Source: Patescibacteria group bacterium UBA2773
GTDB lineage: Bacteria > Patescibacteriota > Minisyncoccia > Moranbacterales > DUUL01
Direction: 5' to 3'
Assembly (NCBI GenBank): GCA_002352465.1
Contig: DEIN01000012.1
Coordinates: 17,484 to 81,483 of the forward strand
Length of the DNA: 64,000 nucleotides
Shown: piece by piece, positions 59,311 to 64,000 of the stretch
Numbering within the stretch: the first letter of the stretch is position 1
How the letters are laid out: each line of letters starts with the position of its first letter
The notes under the pieces: model-generated
Told to the model about the DNA's origin: nothing
Seen by the model: the letters and a program-made list of their open reading frames with translations, nothing else
The model's database searches: none
Program-made: the position numbers and the translations under genes

Positions 59311-59339
59311 ATTATAGCATTTTTTTAGCTGTTGGTCAA
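59311..59339 (-). promoter_or_regulatory. Consensus sigma70 promoter with extended -10
   Basis: TTGACC-17 bp-TATAAT with TG upstream of -10. Confidence 0.85.
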
Positions 59340-59374
59340 TCAGAGAGTCTATCGGCTAAGCAGAGGTAAAAAAC

Positions 59375-60511
59375 TTAATTTATAGGAGTATTTTCGACAT
59401 TTTTTTCGGAATTATCAGACAAGTTAGCGTTGATTCTTAAGTCTTTCGTAATTTTTAAAGCAGTTTCTTTGGATGTTGTTAGTATTAAATAGTTGTTATC
59501 TGTAATTCCCCAATCAATAGCTTTGCTAAAATCTGCTTCTACAAAATTGTAATATCTAATGTTTTTCAAGTCTTTGCTTTTTGCGAAGATAATTAGTTCA
59601 TCTTTTAAAATAAAAGATTCATCTATAAATAAAGGTTTTAAAAGTTCAGGTAAACGAGATTCGTTTTTGTTAAAAAAAGTTTTAATGAGTTCTTGATTTT
59701 CTGTGGTTTTTAAAACTAAACTCATCTTCAGGGTATCTTCTAAAGGATAAATAAAAACCCAAGCCTGGTTAAGTTCATTAGAAATTTCTTTAGGTAATTG
59801 AATTTCTAATAAATTTAATAATTCGGAAGAATTTAAAATAGTATCGGCTTGTTTAATCTGATAGTAAGTTCCTAAACTGTTTGAGATTAATGCTTTTTTT
59901 CCTAGTAATAAAGTTACTAAACTAGTTTCTTTCGGGTTAAAAGAAAGAGTTTCGCTGTTTTTCAATTTTTCTGGAATTTTTTCCATAGAAGTAGTTGGTT
60001 CTGGCGTAATTAGTGATGGTCCTTCTACAGTGGGTTTTTTTATGAAATAAAGATAGTAAATACTAGCTCCGATTGCAATTAAGGAAACCAATAGCAGTAC
60101 TAATAAGAGCTTACTATCAATTGAAGTTGTTTTTTTAGGGGATTTTTTTGGATTTGAAATATCGGGAACTATTGGTGTGATTGATTTATTTTTGAAAGAT
60201 GAGACATTCAGTGGTTTATTTTCTTTTTCTTTTGGAGTACCAGTAAAAACGTTAGTTGGGGTTGGTTTCCCGATATTTTCTAGAAAAGGATTGGAAGATT
60301 CTTTTCCTCGAATCACTTTTTTGGGTTCTTTTGTTTTTTTTATTATTTTTGTTTCATCGATTTTTGGTTTAGGAGTTGTTTTTTGAGAAAAATCAAAAGA
60401 AGAATTTTTTGGTTTTTCATTTTTAAGATCAGTCTCCATCGTTTGCATAACGTAATCGATTTTTTTAGGAGAATTTTCAGAAAGGGTTGTCTTTTTGTTT
60501 TCAGTTGGCAT
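59375..60511 (-). CDS. Single-pass membrane protein with Pro/Lys-rich N-terminus
   Basis: VMQTMETDL start motif, low-complexity region, TM, C-terminal IRYYNF...LILTTSKE domain. Confidence 0.8.
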   Translation of the reverse strand: MPTENKKTTLSENSPKKIDYVMQTMETDLKNEKPKNSSFDFSQKTTPKPKIDETKIIKKTKEPKKVIRGKESSNPFLENIGKPTPTNVFTGTPKEKENKPLNVSSFKNKSITPIVPDISNPKKSPKKTTSIDSKLLLVLLLVSLIAIGASIYYLYFIKKPTVEGPSLITPEPTTSMEKIPEKLKNSETLSFNPKETSLVTLLLGKKALISNSLGTYYQIKQADTILNSSELLNLLEIQLPKEISNELNQAWVFIYPLEDTLKMSLVLKTTENQELIKTFFNKNESRLPELLKPLFIDESFILKDELIIFAKSKDLKNIRYYNFVEADFSKAIDWGITDNNYLILTTSKETALKITKDLRINANLSDNSEKNVENTPIN

Positions 60512-60772
60512 TTTTATGAGGAATTTTCAAGTCTTTTAAAGAATAAAATGAGAAGTCAAAAGACTGCAAAATAGTTCCTGATTATTTTTTATATTTAGGA
60601 ATTGCTTCTAATTGTTCTTTCTACTGCTTGTCTCGCTAAGGTTTGTTGATGCAGGTAAAATTATAACTAGGAACAATTTCCCTTTAAAATTGCATTAAAA
60701 TTATTAATAACAATTTTATTTAAAATAATTATAACATAAATTTGTCAGAAAAAAAGTTTATTTTTTTTGAGT

Positions 60773-62836
60773 CTATTCTCTAATTAAACTTACTCGGCCT
60801 TGTTTGTCGATTTCTTTAACTTTAACTTTAATTACATCGTCTATTTTTAGATATTTGTTGATGTCTGTTACCCGTTCTTTAGCGATTTGAGAAATATGAA
60901 GAAGACCGTCTTGTCCTGGCAATAGTGAAATAAAAGCTCCAAAATCTAAAATTTTAATTACTTTTCCTTCGAAAACCTCACCAGCTTGAATTTCTCGAGT
61001 TAAATCCTCAATCCATTTCCGAGCTTCTTCTCCAGAATTTTGATCAACAGCGGTAATGAAAATATTCCCATCGTCTTCAATGTCAATTTCTGCTCCAGTT
61101 TCTTCAATAATTTTATTGATAATTTTTCCGCCAGCTCCAATCACGTCTCGGATTTTATCTGGATTAATTTTAATAGTAATAATAGCTGGAGCAAAAGAAG
61201 AAAGTTTTTTATTAGGCTTGGCAATAACTTTTTCCATCTCAGCTAAAATGTCTAAACGGTTCTTTTTTGATTGAACCAAAACTTCTTTGGTAATAGCCAA
61301 GTTTATTCCATTAATTTTAACATCTAATTGAATCGCATTAATTCCATCTTTAGTTCCAGCAATTTTGAAATCCATATCGCCCCAATGATCTTCGGGTCCT
61401 TGGATATCGGAAAGAATTTTATAAATAGAGTCATCTTTTGTTACGATTCCGATTGCTAATCCAGCTACTGGTTTTTTAAGAGGAACACCCGCATTCATCA
61501 AGGCTAAGGTTGAACCACAAGTAGAAGCCATCGAAGAAGATCCATTGGAAGATAAGACTTCACTGACTACTCGAATAGTGTAGGGAAAAGTTTCTCTAGA
61601 AGGAAGCATTGGAAGGATAGCTTTTTCAGCTAAAGCACCATGACCAATTTCTCTTCGACCTGGTCCTCGTAAAAATCGAACTTCACCGACACTGTAAGGA
61701 GGAAAGTTGTAATGATGCATATAATATTTTTTGCTCTCTCTTTCCATTGTGTCAATGAGTTGTGCGGCTCCAGGAGCAGCCAAAGTAGCAATACTCAAAG
61801 CTTGAGTTTCTCCTCGATTGAATAATCCAGAACCGTGAGTTCGAGGAAGCAATCCAACTTGGCAACTAATTTTTCGAACTTCATCTAAAGCTCTGCCATC
61901 TGGTCGTTGGTTATCTTCTAGGACTTTATCGTGAAAAACATCGTTTAAATATTCGTCTAAAATAAAATTAATTTCGGCTTTTTTTGTTTTTAATTCTTCA
62001 ACGTTTTCAAATTTTTCTTGAGCGTGCTGATTCAAAATTTCTTTAATTTCTGACATTTTTTTCTTGCCAGCTTCTTTATTAGAAGTATACAAAGCTTTAA
62101 AGGCTTCATTTTTATTTAATAAAGCCACTATTTCTTGGGTAAATTCAGGCGTAGCGGTAGTAATAGCGACTGCTTGTTTTTCTTTGCCGACTTTTTCTAT
62201 GATTTCTTTTTCAAAACGAGCTATTTCTTGAATTTGTTTTTGAGCCATTTCAAAAATAGTTTGAGCATCGTTTTCGGAACATTCGTTAGCATCAGCTTCA
62301 ATCATATTGATTTTATCTTCGGTTCCAGCTACTAAAAAATTAACTGAATTTTCGGGATTATTAGGATTTTCAGTTATTTTTACCGCGGCTACTGGACCAT
62401 CCCAGGGAATATCAGAAATTCCCAAAGCCAAAGAAGCAGCGATTACGGCTAGATTAGCTGGATTATGGGTTTCGTCGTAGGAAAGAACAGTCGTTATTAC
62501 TTGAACTTCATTTCGCATCGTTTGATTAAAAAGTGGTCGAATAGTTCGATCGATTAAACGAGAAGTTAAAATTGCGTCGTCGGATGGTCGAGCTTCTCTT
62601 TTGATAAAGCGAGAACCATTAATTTTTCCACTGGCATAAAATTTTTCTTCATATTCCACCATTAAAGGGAAATAATCAATTCCCACTGCTTTATTACTGC
62701 TCAGGGTAGCATTAGCCATTATTACTGTGTCACCACATTGAACTGTTACGCTTCCACTTGCTTGTTGAGCAAAAGTTCCAGTTTCAACGATTAAATCTTG
62801 ACCGTTGATTTTTTTTACAAATCTTTGTTCTTGCAT
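60773..62836 (-). CDS. pnp: Polyribonucleotide nucleotidyltransferase (PNPase)
   Basis: YFPLMVEYEEK, SRLIDRTIRP, RREIGHG, SNGSSSMAS, GDMDFK, KH and S1 domains. Confidence 0.98.
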   Translation of the reverse strand: MQEQRFVKKINGQDLIVETGTFAQQASGSVTVQCGDTVIMANATLSSNKAVGIDYFPLMVEYEEKFYASGKINGSRFIKREARPSDDAILTSRLIDRTIRPLFNQTMRNEVQVITTVLSYDETHNPANLAVIAASLALGISDIPWDGPVAAVKITENPNNPENSVNFLVAGTEDKINMIEADANECSENDAQTIFEMAQKQIQEIARFEKEIIEKVGKEKQAVAITTATPEFTQEIVALLNKNEAFKALYTSNKEAGKKKMSEIKEILNQHAQEKFENVEELKTKKAEINFILDEYLNDVFHDKVLEDNQRPDGRALDEVRKISCQVGLLPRTHGSGLFNRGETQALSIATLAAPGAAQLIDTMERESKKYYMHHYNFPPYSVGEVRFLRGPGRREIGHGALAEKAILPMLPSRETFPYTIRVVSEVLSSNGSSSMASTCGSTLALMNAGVPLKKPVAGLAIGIVTKDDSIYKILSDIQGPEDHWGDMDFKIAGTKDGINAIQLDVKINGINLAITKEVLVQSKKNRLDILAEMEKVIAKPNKKLSSFAPAIITIKINPDKIRDVIGAGGKIINKIIEETGAEIDIEDDGNIFITAVDQNSGEEARKWIEDLTREIQAGEVFEGKVIKILDFGAFISLLPGQDGLLHISQIAKERVTDINKYLKIDDVIKVKVKEIDKQGRVSLIRE

Positions 62837-63390
62837 AAATTTGGTTTTGGTTTGCAGACCATAAGCTTAGAATTCTTTTTCTATTGAAGAATTCTACAGA
62901 GATTGTTTTTAAGCAATCTTCAACTTAGCCGTCTACAAAACAAAAATTATATTATTAAAACAGCTTAACCCTATCATTTTAAACTTTTAAAGTCAATTCA
63001 AGAATAATCAGAAATAGGTTTTTTCTGGCAAATTTAATTTTTTAAAAAATATTAAGATTTATTTTAAAAAGTTTATTTAATGAGTTTAAAAAGCCTTATT
63101 TGAAAGTAAAACTCTTTACAGCGATAAATAATTATGTTATTTTATTTTAAGTTATTGTAAATTAATTACGAAATTGTTTCTAAATTATAATTTTGTCTGC
63201 CTTGGCAAGCTTTAGTGAGGCGGGCAGTAAAAAAATAATTAAAAATAATTTCCTTACAAGACGTTTTTATAAATCACTCATATTTAAATTTCAGCTTTCC
63301 TGTTTATTGAAAGTTTTTAGCTTTTTAAATAAATTTAGCTGGGTCAGGATTTAAATAGAGGAATTAAGGTAAACATTAATAATTTTAAAA

Positions 63391-64000
63391 ATGACAAAAA
63401 AGGAAATAAAGGAAGATATTAAAGAAGAAGTTGAGAAAGAAGCAGTGAAAAGTGACAAAGTGACAAAGAAAGAAGTTGTGCAGACTTTATCAATAACGTC
63501 GTTATTGGAAAACGGAGTGCATTTTGGTCATAAAAAAGCTACTAGAAATCCCAAAATGGATCCTTATATATTTGGGGTTCGAAAAGGGGTTAATATTATT
63601 AATTTAGAAAAAACTATTCAAAAATTTCAAGAAGCGTTGGATTTTGTGGAGCAACTAGTGGAAAAAAATGGTAAAATAATTTTAGTTGGAACCAAAAAAC
63701 AGGCCAAAACTTTAATTGGCGAGGCGGCTGAAAAAACTGGAATGGCTTATGTTAATGAACGTTGGATTGGTGGGACTTTTACTAATTTTAAGGTTATTTT
63801 AAAAAGATTAAAGTATCTAAAAGAGCAGAAAGAAGCTATTAAGGAAGATAAATTAGCTTATTTAACAAAATTAGAAAAAGGTCGTTTGAATAAAGAAATC
63901 AAAAATATGGAGACTCGAATGGGTGGATTAGCGGAGATGACTCGGTTGCCAGAAGCAATTTTTGTTTTAGATATAGATAAGGACTTAACGGCGGTAAAAG
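63391..64000 (+). CDS. rpsB: 30S ribosomal protein S2, runs off window end
   Basis: Read manually: LLENGVHFGH, NPKMDPYIF, VGTKKQA, YVNERWIGGTFTNF; charged N-terminal extension. Confidence 0.96.
   Translation, partial: MTKKEIKEDIKEEVEKEAVKSDKVTKKEVVQTLSITSLLENGVHFGHKKATRNPKMDPYIFGVRKGVNIINLEKTIQKFQEALDFVEQLVEKNGKIILVGTKKQAKTLIGEAAEKTGMAYVNERWIGGTFTNFKVILKRLKYLKEQKEAIKEDKLAYLTKLEKGRLNKEIKNMETRMGGLAEMTRLPEAIFVLDIDKDLTAVK

Noticed and set aside
60512-60772. Possible rpsO or small gene next to pnp
   Set aside because: No S15-like reading frame found here or upstream of pnp
2977-62335. Short antisense or nested ORFs from the six-frame track (e.g. 13307-13570, 36222-36674, 56091-56399, 55448-55633)
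   Set aside because: Shadow frames of well-supported genes or of the T-box leader, with no recognisable motifs
62-64000. Alternative genetic code (TGA read as Gly)
   Set aside because: Conserved genes are full length under code 11 with no in-frame TGA

Overview
AT-rich bacterial chromosome window, standard genetic code. Gene content points to a Patescibacteria/CPR (Parcubacteria-like) organism; this is inferred from the chromosomal T4SS-like cluster, DUF5663-like protein, mostly SD-less genes and sparse metabolism. The window spans the replication origin: dnaA-dnaN-dciA, DnaA boxes on both sides of dnaA, an apparent C-to-G skew switch near 43-44 kb, and nine parS palindromes in about 850 bp. 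Left of the origin lie a co-oriented T4SS-like operon (VirB4, PrgI-like, VirB6-like, exported Ca-binding proteins), a separate VirD4-like ATPase cluster, glycosylation genes and housekeeping genes (rny, nusB, rpmF, hup, typA, DEAD helicase, ABC-F, RluA, rubrerythrin, desulfoferrodoxin). Right of it lie three tRNAs, a CCA-adding enzyme, two MFS paralogs, rarA, a lipoprotein plus beta-barrel-like gene pair, lspA, a dksA-like gene, T-box-controlled ileS, pnp and partial rpsB. The most striking unexplained element is an approximately 450-nt, highly structured minus-strand unit without a credible ORF (58859-59306), with its own consensus sigma70 promoter and terminator: a candidate novel ncRNA. Two unlinked exported helical proteins also share an ECF-type promoter. 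All calls are by-eye; no searches or folding were run.
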